The translations under genes were made by a program, and so were the position numbers. Below are positions 40,898 through 49,986 of a DNA stretch of 64,000 nt, one piece after another. The notes under the pieces were generated by a model. It searched no databases, had not been told where the DNA came from, and saw nothing but the letters and a program-made list of their open reading frames with translations. The first letter of the stretch is position 1, and each line of letters starts with the position of its first letter. Source of the DNA: Coriobacteriia bacterium (GTDB lineage: Bacteria > Actinomycetota > Coriobacteriia > Anaerosomatales > PALSA-660); contig JANYAK010000022.1 of assembly GCA_025361335.1 (NCBI GenBank), positions 21,737-85,736 of the forward strand, written 5' to 3'.

Positions 40898-42706
40898 CTA
40901 CGCTCGAGGCTCGTCGTCGGAGAAGAGGCCCATGATCGCGTCCCTCTCCTCCTGCGGCAGGTAGGGATACTGGTCGTCTAGCGAGGGCGACTCGAACGTC
41001 CCGTCCTCGCGGCGCCGCGACACGATCTTCGGGCGCTTCTCCTGCGAGAATGAGACGTTCACCTCGCAGAGCCACGGGGCGTCGTCCTCCATGACGGCTG
41101 CCAACCCTTCGTCCAGGTCCGCATTCGTCTTGAACAGCCGATACCCGAGACCGTACGCCGCCGCGAGTGAGTCGAACCGCGGGTTGCTGACGCCCGATCC
41201 TGGGTGACACCCCACGAACCGTCCCCCGAAGAACGCCGTCTGCGTCGCTCGGATCGTCTCGTAGCCACCGTTGTTGAGCACGAAGATCTTCACGTTGAGT
41301 CGGTTGTGGCCGATCGTCAGGAGCTCCTGGATGTTGAGTTGCACGCTGCCGTCGCCGGTGACCACTACGGTGCGCGCCCCGTCCCGCGCGATGCACGCCC
41401 CGACCGCCGCCGGCAGGTCCCACCCCATCGCGCCGAAGCCGTAGTTCGTGATGACCCTTTGGCCGGGCTTCACCGCGAACGAATGGTGGATGGAAACCGC
41501 GTCCGAGCCGTTGCCGGTCAACACCACTTCTCCGGGTCCCATCGCCCTCGAGAGTTCTGCGGCCAGGACGTAGCTGTTCACGTGGTCCGCGTCTTCGAAG
41601 TAGTCGCTCGTCACGATCGGGTAGTCGCGTTTCCACCGGGTGACGGCATCGAGCCAGCGCTCGTCGAACGCGAAGCTTCTCCGTGGGACGTCCTCGACGA
41701 ACCGCTCCATGAACCACTTGACGTCGGCCAGAACCGCATGGTCCGCCACGAAGTGCGGCTTGCGCATCTCCTCGAGTTCGATGTTGACCATGACCCGCTT
41801 CGCCTTCGGGGCGAAGCCGCTGGTATCGAAGCCGACCGCGGTGACCGCCATGCTCGCGCCGAGGCACAGCAGGAGGTCCGCGTTCTGCAGGGTGAAGTTC
41901 GCTCTACGCTGGCCTGTGGGACCGAATCTGCCCAGGTAGAGGGGGTGCTCCTCGGGAAGTAGGTCCATCCCGCCCATCGTGGCCACGACAGGACAGCCGA
42001 CGTGCTCGACGAACGCCGTGAACGCCGCTTCCGCATGCCCGAGATGGATGCCGTCACCGCAGACGATCACCGGCCGTCTCGCATGCCGGAGGAGGTCGGC
42101 TACCTCGGCGATCCCTTCCGGGCGATCCAGCGCCGGATCGGGCTCCTGCGCGGGCGCGTCGGCTGCCGCGGCGGCGAGCGCTTCGTCGATGTCGCCGGCC
42201 TGCACGTCCAGGGGGATGTTCAGCCAGACGGGGCCCGGTCGCCCTGCCGTGGCGACGCGGATCGCGTGCGCCAGCTCGGCGGGGACGTCCTCGGAACGCA
42301 TCACGGTCTTCGCGTACTTCGTCACGGGCTGCCCCATGCTGACGATGTCGATCTCCTGGTGACCGGTCTGGCGATGCTTCGAGTAGTCCGCGATCAGGTC
42401 GGTGCGGACCTGACCCGAGATGACGAGCATCGGGACGGAATCCACCCAGGCGCCGGCTACCGCCGACAGCGCGTTCGTGCTTCCAGGACCGCTGGTGACG
42501 AGACACACACCTATGCCGCCCGTGACTCGGGCGTACGCCTCGGCGGCGATCGCGCAGGCCTGCTCGTGAGCATTGCACCAGTACTTGACGTCTGGGTGAC
42601 GCCCCAGCGCGTCCAGCAGGAACATGATGCCGCCGCCCGACACCGTGAAGACGTCCCGCACTCCGCGGGATGCGAGGTTCTCGATGACGTAGTCCGCAAC
42701 GATCAT
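40898..42706 (-). CDS. Thiamine-diphosphate enzyme, acetolactate-synthase large-subunit/YerE-like (paralogue 1)
   Basis: ORF trimmed to ATG 42706 (ATGA overlap with the upstream stop). NAHEQACAIAAEAYARVTG, SGPGSTNALSAVAGAWVDSVPMLVISGQV, and C-terminal ThDP fold GDGSVQLNIQEL. Confidence 0.85.
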   Translation of the reverse strand: MIVADYVIENLASRGVRDVFTVSGGGIMFLLDALGRHPDVKYWCNAHEQACAIAAEAYARVTGGIGVCLVTSGPGSTNALSAVAGAWVDSVPMLVISGQVRTDLIADYSKHRQTGHQEIDIVSMGQPVTKYAKTVMRSEDVPAELAHAIRVATAGRPGPVWLNIPLDVQAGDIDEALAAAAADAPAQEPDPALDRPEGIAEVADLLRHARRPVIVCGDGIHLGHAEAAFTAFVEHVGCPVVATMGGMDLLPEEHPLYLGRFGPTGQRRANFTLQNADLLLCLGASMAVTAVGFDTSGFAPKAKRVMVNIELEEMRKPHFVADHAVLADVKWFMERFVEDVPRRSFAFDERWLDAVTRWKRDYPIVTSDYFEDADHVNSYVLAAELSRAMGPGEVVLTGNGSDAVSIHHSFAVKPGQRVITNYGFGAMGWDLPAAVGACIARDGARTVVVTGDGSVQLNIQELLTIGHNRLNVKIFVLNNGGYETIRATQTAFFGGRFVGCHPGSGVSNPRFDSLAAAYGLGYRLFKTNADLDEGLAAVMEDDAPWLCEVNVSFSQEKRPKIVSRRREDGTFESPSLDDQYPYLPQEERDAIMGLFSDDEPRA

Positions 42707-43788
42707 TCCGGTGGCTTCCTCTCGGCCGAGGCAGTCATGGTACGCCATGCGGCGGTCCGACGGATGCCGTCCTCGAGCGTGACCGCCGCGGCCAGCCCCA
42801 ACTCCTCGGCGGCCCGCGACGTGTCAGGGACGTATCGCTGAGGCAGGACTCCCGATGTAGGCCTCTGTGCGACGTCCACCCGCAATGCGGGGTCGATGAC
42901 GCGGCCCACGGTCTCAGCCAGATCGAGGATGCTGACCTCCTTGTCGGAGCCGACGTTGTAGGGGCGAGCCGGCGCGCCACGCAGGAGCACCGTCCAGAGC
43001 CACCACGCGAGATCGGCAGCGTACAGGTAGGAGCGCATCGGCGTCCCGTCGCCCGTGATCCGGATCGTCTCGCCGGCCATCGCGTCCCGAATGAAGTTGC
43101 CGACCGCATACCCGGCGTCCATCGGCAGGTGCGGCCCCACGAAGGCGAACAGACGCGCGATCTTCGTCTCGAGTCCACTCTCCTGGTGGGCGGCGCAGCA
43201 CAGGAACTCCGCGGCCCGCTTGCCGTGAGCGTAGGCCGCCGTGGCGTCCTGAGGCGGCGGAGCCATGGGCAGGTCCTCGGAAACGCGGGCGCACTCCGCC
43301 GGCTGCCTGCCGTAGACGGCTCCGGAGCTCGTGTACAGGACGCTCCTCACGCCGCGGGACGTCGCGAAGTCCAGAACGCGGCGGGTCCCCTCGACCGCCG
43401 TGTCGAACTCGAGCGACGGCTTGTGAGCGGACGCCTCGGTGTTCGTCTCCGTGGCCATGTGGAGCACGTGCGTGAAGGGGCCTTCCGGGAAGCGGAACGA
43501 CCGGATATCGCCCTCCAGCAGGGTGACGACGCCCTCCCGCGCGAGGTGCGGCGCTCGCGCTGCCGCCCGGGCGGGATCGCGTGAGAGCACGACTGCCTCC
43601 ACCCCGAGGTCCAGCGCGTCGTTTGCCCACACGAGACTCTCGAGGACCCAGCCACCCACGAACCCCGTGCCGCCCGTGATGAAGAGACGGCATCCGCGCA
43701 GGTCGTCCCAAAGGCCCCGGCCGCGCTCCAGAACGTTGTCCAAGTCCGCAGCGAGGGGATTCGAGCGCCTGTCCGCCGCGTCACCCAT
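42703..43788 (-). CDS. NAD-dependent epimerase/dehydratase (extended SDR)
   Basis: ORF trimmed to ATG 43788. LFITGGTGFVGGWV Rossmann, AAYAHGKRAAE (YxxxK). Confidence 0.8.
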   Translation of the reverse strand: MGDAADRRSNPLAADLDNVLERGRGLWDDLRGCRLFITGGTGFVGGWVLESLVWANDALDLGVEAVVLSRDPARAAARAPHLAREGVVTLLEGDIRSFRFPEGPFTHVLHMATETNTEASAHKPSLEFDTAVEGTRRVLDFATSRGVRSVLYTSSGAVYGRQPAECARVSEDLPMAPPPQDATAAYAHGKRAAEFLCCAAHQESGLETKIARLFAFVGPHLPMDAGYAVGNFIRDAMAGETIRITGDGTPMRSYLYAADLAWWLWTVLLRGAPARPYNVGSDKEVSILDLAETVGRVIDPALRVDVAQRPTSGVLPQRYVPDTSRAAEELGLAAAVTLEDGIRRTAAWRTMTASAERKPPE

Positions 43789-44779
43789 CCGACGCCACCT
43801 CCTCGACCGCTCGCCCATCGAACAGAAGACGGAGCACCTCACACCCCTCGTCGAGAGTCGGAAGACGGACTCCCGAGGTGGCGGCCCCGGCGGTCTCGGC
43901 GAAGAACGACTCGAGCTCGCGCACGTAGGTCGCTTCGGTGTCGAACAGGACGGGATCGGCGATGTCCGGACCGCCGCCCTCTCCCGTCAGCGCAAAGGTG
44001 CCAGCGGCGATGTCGCACTCGAGCACCGCTGTCGTTCCCACGATACGGATCCTGCGTCGCGTCTTCTTCTCCAGGTAGTCCATGTGCACGGTGCAGGTGA
44101 ACCCGTTCGTGAAGGAGTAGACGGCGTCGAACACGTCCGGTGCCGCGATGGGCAGGGCGCCCGTGTGCGCGGTGCGCGTGCACCACTCGATCGGCTGCCC
44201 GAAGAGCATGCGCATGTAGTCGACCTCGTGGGAGAGATCGAGCGCCACGCCTCCGCCTCGATCCGAGGAGGCGCTGTACATGTCCTCGAGCGGACGGTCC
44301 GGGCGCCAGTCGGGGAGCCACTGGCCGACTTCGATCCGGGCGAACAGCGGCGTCCCGAGCGTCCCCGCCGCGAGAACGTCGGCGACCCGGCTCAAGACCG
44401 GGAGGAAGCGCAGGTTGTAGGCGACCCGCGCTACGAGCCCGGCCTCGCGGACCTCGGCGAGCAGGAGCGACAGGTCGCTCGTGAGGGCCGGGGCCACGGG
44501 CTTCTCGATCAGCACGTGTGCACCGGCCGCGACGAGTTCGCGGGTCGTGCCGACGTGCTTGGAGGTGTCGTTCGCCACGACGGCCACGTCCGGAGGATCG
44601 GCGGGGAGGGTGGCGATCGGGTGGACTCGCGGGTCCTCGAACGCGTCCACGGTCGAGACGTCCCGGGTCGTCCACAGCAGGACTTCCGAGACTCCGAGTG
44701 CCAGGAGGTTGCGGGTGTGCCGCTGAGCGATGGAACCGCTTCCGGCGACCGTCACGCGCTCCGGGACCTGCGACCTCAT
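43781..44779 (-). CDS. Gfo/Idh/MocA-family oxidoreductase
   Basis: N-terminal VTVAGSGSIAQRHTRNL Rossmann, LIEKPVA motif, and a C-terminal alpha/beta domain. ATGA overlap with the SDR stop. Confidence 0.8.
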   Translation of the reverse strand: MRSQVPERVTVAGSGSIAQRHTRNLLALGVSEVLLWTTRDVSTVDAFEDPRVHPIATLPADPPDVAVVANDTSKHVGTTRELVAAGAHVLIEKPVAPALTSDLSLLLAEVREAGLVARVAYNLRFLPVLSRVADVLAAGTLGTPLFARIEVGQWLPDWRPDRPLEDMYSASSDRGGGVALDLSHEVDYMRMLFGQPIEWCTRTAHTGALPIAAPDVFDAVYSFTNGFTCTVHMDYLEKKTRRRIRIVGTTAVLECDIAAGTFALTGEGGGPDIADPVLFDTEATYVRELESFFAETAGAATSGVRLPTLDEGCEVLRLLFDGRAVEEVASDG

Positions 44780-45540
44780 CGCGCCGACCAGCCGCCGTCG
44801 ACGATGAGGTTGTGGCCTGTCACGTAGGCGCCGGCGTCGCAGGCGAGGAAGACGACCGCACCCACGATGTCCCGCGGTTGGGCCATGCGCCCAAGGGGCG
44901 TGAGCGCCTCGTACCTCTGCCTGAACGAGTCCGGCTGGCGGTCCTCGACTCCCCCCGGCGAGACGCAGTTGCAGCGCACACCCGCGGGGCCGAAGTACGT
45001 GGCGAGCAGGCGCGTGATGCTGACGATGCCGCCCTTGATGGCCGCGTACGCGCTCGGCATCGTCATGTCCGTGCCTTCGTACACCTCGTAGCTCGGGCCC
45101 ACGACACCGTAGATCGAGGCCAGGTTGACGATCGAGCCGCCTCCGGAGGCGCTCATGAGGCGCGCGGCCGCACGAGATGTGGCGAAGTAGCCGCCCAGAT
45201 GACTATCTACATTGGCGAGCCAGGACGCGTACTCCTCGCTCTCGAGCGGCGCGCCCCAATCGGCCGTACGCGGGTAGGCGCAGTTGACGAGGATGTCGAG
45301 CCGACCGGCTCGCGTCACGACCTGGTCGAGCGCCCGGACCACGGACTCCTCGGAACTCACATCGAGGACCACGCTGGGATCCAGCCCCTCGAGTCCCGAC
45401 ACGTCCGCAGCCCATACCTCCGCTCCCGCCGCGGCCAGGCCCGCGCAGATCTCGCGGCCAAGCAGCCCGGCCGCCCCCGTCACGACGGCGACTCGGCCGG
45501 CGCACGAGAAGAGCGTGTCGTAGGACTCGGACGCGGTCAT
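44776..45540 (-). CDS. Short-chain dehydrogenase/reductase (classical SDR)
   Basis: VAVVTGAAGLLG (TGxxxGxG), NLASIYG, SAYAAIKGG (YxxxK). ATGA overlap with the neuC stop. Confidence 0.85.
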   Translation of the reverse strand: MTASESYDTLFSCAGRVAVVTGAAGLLGREICAGLAAAGAEVWAADVSGLEGLDPSVVLDVSSEESVVRALDQVVTRAGRLDILVNCAYPRTADWGAPLESEEYASWLANVDSHLGGYFATSRAAARLMSASGGGSIVNLASIYGVVGPSYEVYEGTDMTMPSAYAAIKGGIVSITRLLATYFGPAGVRCNCVSPGGVEDRQPDSFRQRYEALTPLGRMAQPRDIVGAVVFLACDAGAYVTGHNLIVDGGWSAR

Positions 45541-46736
45541 CTATGACTCCCCTCTGCCGGCGCGGCGCCGGCGGGCTCCTCGAATTGGAGGTCGACGAAA
45601 GTCGCGCGCCTCGCGCGCAACAGCAGGTCTTCGTCGGCCAGGAAGTCGGCGATGTGCTCCGCGGTGTGCCCTTCGCCGTACGGGTTGAGCGCGACCTTCG
45701 AGAAGGCCCGGTGCTCGGGCGAGGTCGCGTGGCGAACGGCAGCCACGATGGCTGTCGCGTCGGCACCCGCGTGCACGACGCTCGGCGGCCGCTCGCGGCC
45801 TTCCTGCCGAGTCCCGACATCAACGCTCGGCACGCCCAGCACGGGCACCTCGTGGAGCCCGCTCGACGAGTTGCCCACGACTGCCGCGGCGTTGCGCGCG
45901 GCCGACAGGTAGCCGCGACTACCGAGCGACGAAACCAGGGCAGCTCGACCTGGATGGTCCTGGATCCAGCGCTCGAGACTCGATGCGACGGCTTCGCCGC
46001 CCGCGTCGTCGTTCGGCGCGGTGAACAGCACCTTGAACTCCGTGAGCTCATCCAGCGCGCGCATCAGCACGTCCAGTTCGTGTGCCGAGTCCCCGCGCGT
46101 CACGGGGTGGAACGTGACGAGGAGGGTGTCCGAGTCGCACGCGACCCCGAACTCCTTCAAGAACTCGTCCGGGCCCATGAGCGGAGTGCCGGCGACGTTG
46201 TCGACCGCGAGCGCGCCGACGTTGAACACCGTCCACGCGGGCGCGCCCATCTGCACGATGCGTCTGCGGTAGGTTTCCGCCACGGGGAAGTGCAGCGTCG
46301 CCATCTTCGTGATCGCATGTCGCAGCGGGTCGTCGACCGCCCCCGCGGTGACCTCGCCGCCGTGGATGTGTGCCACCGGGACGTCGAGCAGGACGGCGGC
46401 TCCGGCCGCGGCGAACGTCTCGAACCTGTCACCCAGAAGAACCACGACGTCGGCCCCTGAGCGGTCGATGGCGTCAGCCAGCAGCGTGAGCGCCGCGCCG
46501 GCTCGGCCAGCCATCTGGAGCCGATCGCCACCGCCCGCGGGGAGCTCTACCCGGGCGAAGATCGGCAGCGCATCGGCTTCGATCTCGTCCACGGTGCTGT
46601 GCTCCGCGGCGAGGTGCGAGCCCGTCACGATGAGCCGCAACTCGAACCGCGGATCCCCGTCGAGCTTCACGAGGAGCGGATGCAGAAGACCGTAGTCTGC
46701 CCGACTCGTGGTCACGACTGCGGCCCGGACGGTCAC
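45537..46736 (-). CDS. neuC: Hydrolysing UDP/GDP-N-acetylhexosamine 2-epimerase (NeuC/LegG type)
   Basis: GTG 46736 (GTGA overlap with the neuB stop). AAVVTTSRADYGLLHPL, VVLLGDRFE, VAHIHGGEVT, GNSSSGLHE. Confidence 0.85.
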   Translation of the reverse strand: MTVRAAVVTTSRADYGLLHPLLVKLDGDPRFELRLIVTGSHLAAEHSTVDEIEADALPIFARVELPAGGGDRLQMAGRAGAALTLLADAIDRSGADVVVLLGDRFETFAAAGAAVLLDVPVAHIHGGEVTAGAVDDPLRHAITKMATLHFPVAETYRRRIVQMGAPAWTVFNVGALAVDNVAGTPLMGPDEFLKEFGVACDSDTLLVTFHPVTRGDSAHELDVLMRALDELTEFKVLFTAPNDDAGGEAVASSLERWIQDHPGRAALVSSLGSRGYLSAARNAAAVVGNSSSGLHEVPVLGVPSVDVGTRQEGRERPPSVVHAGADATAIVAAVRHATSPEHRAFSKVALNPYGEGHTAEHIADFLADEDLLLRARRATFVDLQFEEPAGAAPAEGSHR

Positions 46737-47734
46737 AGTTCGATCATCTCGTCCGGCGCGAACCGGCGGCGAGCCGGTGTGCCCAGCACGGAGTCCCACA
46801 GCATGGGGCTGAGTCCGAGCCCGGGCCGCTTCGTGGTGATGTTGGCCTCCGCGAGGACTTCACCGGCCTGTATCTCGCGCGACGCCACGATGCTCTTCCG
46901 GACCACGCCGACGTTTCGTTCCTCCGAGGGTGTCCGACGCTTGTGGCCCTCGCCCAGGGCCCGCGACACGTTCCTCGTCGCGGAGACCAGCGCCGATAGC
47001 TCCGCGGGCTCTATGCTCGCGGCGTGATCGGGACCGGGGAGACTCCTGTCCAGCGTGAAGTGCTTCTCGATGACCACAGCCCCCAAAGCGACGGCGGCGA
47101 TCGAGACCTCGATGCCTCGCGTGTGGTCCGAGTATCCGACCCGCAGGCCGAACGCGGACTCCATCTCGGCCATGGCGCGCAGATCGACCTCGTCCATCGG
47201 CGCCGGGTACTCGGTGGTGCAATGCAGAAGGACCACGTTCCCGCGCGCCAGGCCGGACTCCTCGAGCGCTTCCAGCGCGGCGCCGATCTCGTCGAGCGTC
47301 GCCATCCCGGTCGAGAGCAGCACGCTGTCCGCGTGCCGCGCCACCGCGCGCAGGACGGGAAGATCAGTGATCTCCCCCGAAGCGACCTTGAACTCGCGGA
47401 CACCCAGTCTCGCGAGCATCTCGACGCTCTCCACGTCGAACGCCGACGAGAGGAATCGGACGCCGCGCTGCTCGCACCGCTCCATCAACTTCGCGTGCGC
47501 CTGCTCGTCCAATCGCAGCGACGCCAGCATCTCCAGCTGGCTTCCCGGGCCCGTGCTTCGCGCCTGGTAGTCCGCTTTTCCCGCGTTCTCCGCAACCAGC
47601 AGGGCTGGATCGAAGGTCTGGAACTTCACGGCGTCAGCGCCGGCTTCCGCAGCCACGTCCACCATCAGGAGGGCGCGCTCGAGCGATCCGTTGTGGTTCA
47701 CGCCGGCCTCGGCGATGATCCTCGGTCCGCTCAC
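46733..47734 (-). CDS. neuB: Nonulosonic acid synthase (NeuB/LegI type)
   Basis: GTG 47734 (GTGA overlap with the upstream stop). IIAEAGVNHNGSLERALLMVDVAAEAGADAVKFQTF, GYSDHTRG, and a C-terminal SAF-like domain (RKSIVASREIQAGEVL). Confidence 0.9.
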   Translation of the reverse strand: MSGPRIIAEAGVNHNGSLERALLMVDVAAEAGADAVKFQTFDPALLVAENAGKADYQARSTGPGSQLEMLASLRLDEQAHAKLMERCEQRGVRFLSSAFDVESVEMLARLGVREFKVASGEITDLPVLRAVARHADSVLLSTGMATLDEIGAALEALEESGLARGNVVLLHCTTEYPAPMDEVDLRAMAEMESAFGLRVGYSDHTRGIEVSIAAVALGAVVIEKHFTLDRSLPGPDHAASIEPAELSALVSATRNVSRALGEGHKRRTPSEERNVGVVRKSIVASREIQAGEVLAEANITTKRPGLGLSPMLWDSVLGTPARRRFAPDEMIEL

Positions 47735-48795
47735 CTGATCCCCAGACGGTCGAGCGCGTTCTGAAGCTCCTCGAGTTGTCCCACGTCCAGCCAAGCGCGC
47801 TCGGGGATCGGGTAGACGCCGACGTGGCGCCCCGACTCCAGGGCTCGCCTGATCAGGTCCGTGGCGTCGGTGGGACCGTCAGTGCCGATGCCCTTGAGTA
47901 CCTCGGGTTCCATCACATAGATCCCGGTCGACACCAGCAGGTCGAAGCGGGGCTTCTCCTGGAGAGCGTCGAGCGTTCCGCCATCTCCGAGTTGACACAC
48001 CCCGTACGGCAAGACGAGGTGCTTCATCGAGGCGACGATGGTGATCACGCTCTCGGTTTCGCGATGATGGTCGATGACGTCGGCGAACTCGATGTCGACG
48101 ATGGTGTCGCAGTTGGCCAGGATGAACGTCTGGTCGAGCGCGGAGGCCATGAGCGATAGGCTCCCGGCCGTGCCGAGCGGTCTGTCCTCGTCGAAGAACG
48201 TTATCTCGTACGGCAGAGACTCGTCGCTGAAGTAGGCGCGGATGAGGCTCGCCTTGAAGTTCAGCGATACGAGGAAATTCGTGCATCCCTGCTCGTAGAA
48301 GCGGTCCATGATCAACTGCAGGACGGGCTGGTCGCCGACGGGCATCAGGGGTTTGGGCAGGATCCGCGTGAACGGCTCGAGCCGCGTTCCCTGGCCGCCC
48401 GCCATGATCGCCACCGGGACGCCCGCTGGACGACGGGGGACGACCGGTCCACCGAAGACGTCGGCCCACCACGCGGCATCGACGACCTTGCGGTCACCGT
48501 CGAGGACCGGCATGCAGTGGACCTGCCGAGAGAGCAGTTCCGCCCGCAGGCGTTCCTCGGAGACGCCCTGCTCGACCCAAGCGGGCTCCACGTTCATCGC
48601 CTGGGTGATGGGATCGTCCAGTCCCCTACCCGCGAGGATGTATCGGCGGACGTCGCCGTCGGTGAGCACCCCCAGGAGCAGGCCGTCGTCGCCGGCCACG
48701 AAGAGGATCTTCCCAGCGGTCTCATCGAGGACGCGCAGGGCCTCGACTATCGTCGTGACTGGGGAGACGAGAATCGCCGACAGGTCTGGATGCAC
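47731..48795 (-). CDS. CBS-pair + sugar-1-phosphate nucleotidyltransferase (PtmE-like)
   Basis: N-terminal tandem CBS-like region (ILFVAGDDGLLLGVLTDGDVRR, MPVLDGDRKVV) followed by IMAGGQGTRLEPFTRILPKPLMPV. GTG start. Confidence 0.85.
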   Translation of the reverse strand: MHPDLSAILVSPVTTIVEALRVLDETAGKILFVAGDDGLLLGVLTDGDVRRYILAGRGLDDPITQAMNVEPAWVEQGVSEERLRAELLSRQVHCMPVLDGDRKVVDAAWWADVFGGPVVPRRPAGVPVAIMAGGQGTRLEPFTRILPKPLMPVGDQPVLQLIMDRFYEQGCTNFLVSLNFKASLIRAYFSDESLPYEITFFDEDRPLGTAGSLSLMASALDQTFILANCDTIVDIEFADVIDHHRETESVITIVASMKHLVLPYGVCQLGDGGTLDALQEKPRFDLLVSTGIYVMEPEVLKGIGTDGPTDATDLIRRALESGRHVGVYPIPERAWLDVGQLEELQNALDRLGIR

Positions 48796-48798
48796 GTG

Positions 48799-49986
48799 TC
48801 ATCTCCTGGCCAAGGATCGGATCGCGCCGACGACGCGATCGACGTCATCGGGTCGCAGACTGCTGCTGCACGGCAGGTTCAGCACCCGCTCCCAGTACCA
48901 TACCGCACGTTCGGGGCCGACCACAGTGCACCCTGCGTACGGTGGCTGCATGTGGATGGGCAGCCACAAGGGACGGGTCTGGATCCCCGCCTCCGCGAGA
49001 CGGGTCATGAGGCTCTCGCGATCCATCCCGAACTCGGCCGGCTCTACCAGCACGGAATAGAACCAGCAGTTGGGGTCGGTGCCGCCGGGAGGCCCGACGA
49101 ACGTCAGACCGGGGACCCCCGCGAGACCCTCCGAGTACCGTGCGCGGTTCCGGCGCTTCGTCTCGATGAACCCCTGCAGCTGCTCCATCTGGGCGACGCC
49201 GATGGCGGCGGTGACGTTGCTCATCGCGTAGTTGAACCCGACTGCGCCGTGCACGTACCTGACCGGGTCGTCCTTGGCCTGGTGGAACAGATAGCGGGCC
49301 CTCCAAGCGACGTCGTCGTCGTCCGTGACGAGCATGCCGCCGCCGCCCGTCGTGATGATCTTGTTGCCGTTGAACGAGAGAGCACCCGAGAGCCCTAGGG
49401 TCCCGGTCGCGCGCCCGGCCAGGGAGCCCACGGTGTACGTCGATCCGATGCTCTCCGTCGCGTCCTCCACCACGGCCAGCTCGTGGCGTCGCGCGATCGC
49501 GAGCAGGCGCTCCATGTCGCACGGATCGCCGAACACGTGCACGGGCATCATGGCCTTCACCAAGCGCCCCGTCGCAGTGTCGACGACTCGCCGTGACGAC
49601 GCGTCCCAAGCGCGTTCGAGATAGTCCTCGAGCGCATCTGGGTCGAGGCCGAGACGGTCGTCGCAGCCGATGAGGACGGGCTCGGCGCCGCAGTAGCGGA
49701 CGGCGTTCGCGGAGGCGATGAACGTGACCGTCGGCACGATGACCGAGTCCCCGGGGCCGACGCCGGCGGTCAGGAGCGCGACGTGCAGGGCAGCCGTACC
49801 GCTTGCGCAGGCGACGGCATGGCGCGCCCCGGTCAGTTCGCAGACGGCTGCCTCGAACCGGCCGACATACTCCCCCGCGGCGGACAACCAACCGCTGCTG
49901 AGGCAGTCTTCCACGTACCGGCCCTCATTGCCGCCGACATTCGGGACGGACAAGGGCAGGAAGGGCGCTGGGACCGGATCAGACAT
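48799..49986 (-). CDS. legC: DegT/DnrJ/EryC1-family PLP aminotransferase (LegC-like)
   Basis: LPLSVPNVGGNEGRYVEDCL, CASGTAALHVAL, and PLP-lysine context ALSFNGNKIITTGGGGML. Confidence 0.8.
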   Translation of the reverse strand: MSDPVPAPFLPLSVPNVGGNEGRYVEDCLSSGWLSAAGEYVGRFEAAVCELTGARHAVACASGTAALHVALLTAGVGPGDSVIVPTVTFIASANAVRYCGAEPVLIGCDDRLGLDPDALEDYLERAWDASSRRVVDTATGRLVKAMMPVHVFGDPCDMERLLAIARRHELAVVEDATESIGSTYTVGSLAGRATGTLGLSGALSFNGNKIITTGGGGMLVTDDDDVAWRARYLFHQAKDDPVRYVHGAVGFNYAMSNVTAAIGVAQMEQLQGFIETKRRNRARYSEGLAGVPGLTFVGPPGGTDPNCWFYSVLVEPAEFGMDRESLMTRLAEAGIQTRPLWLPIHMQPPYAGCTVVGPERAVWYWERVLNLPCSSSLRPDDVDRVVGAIRSLARR

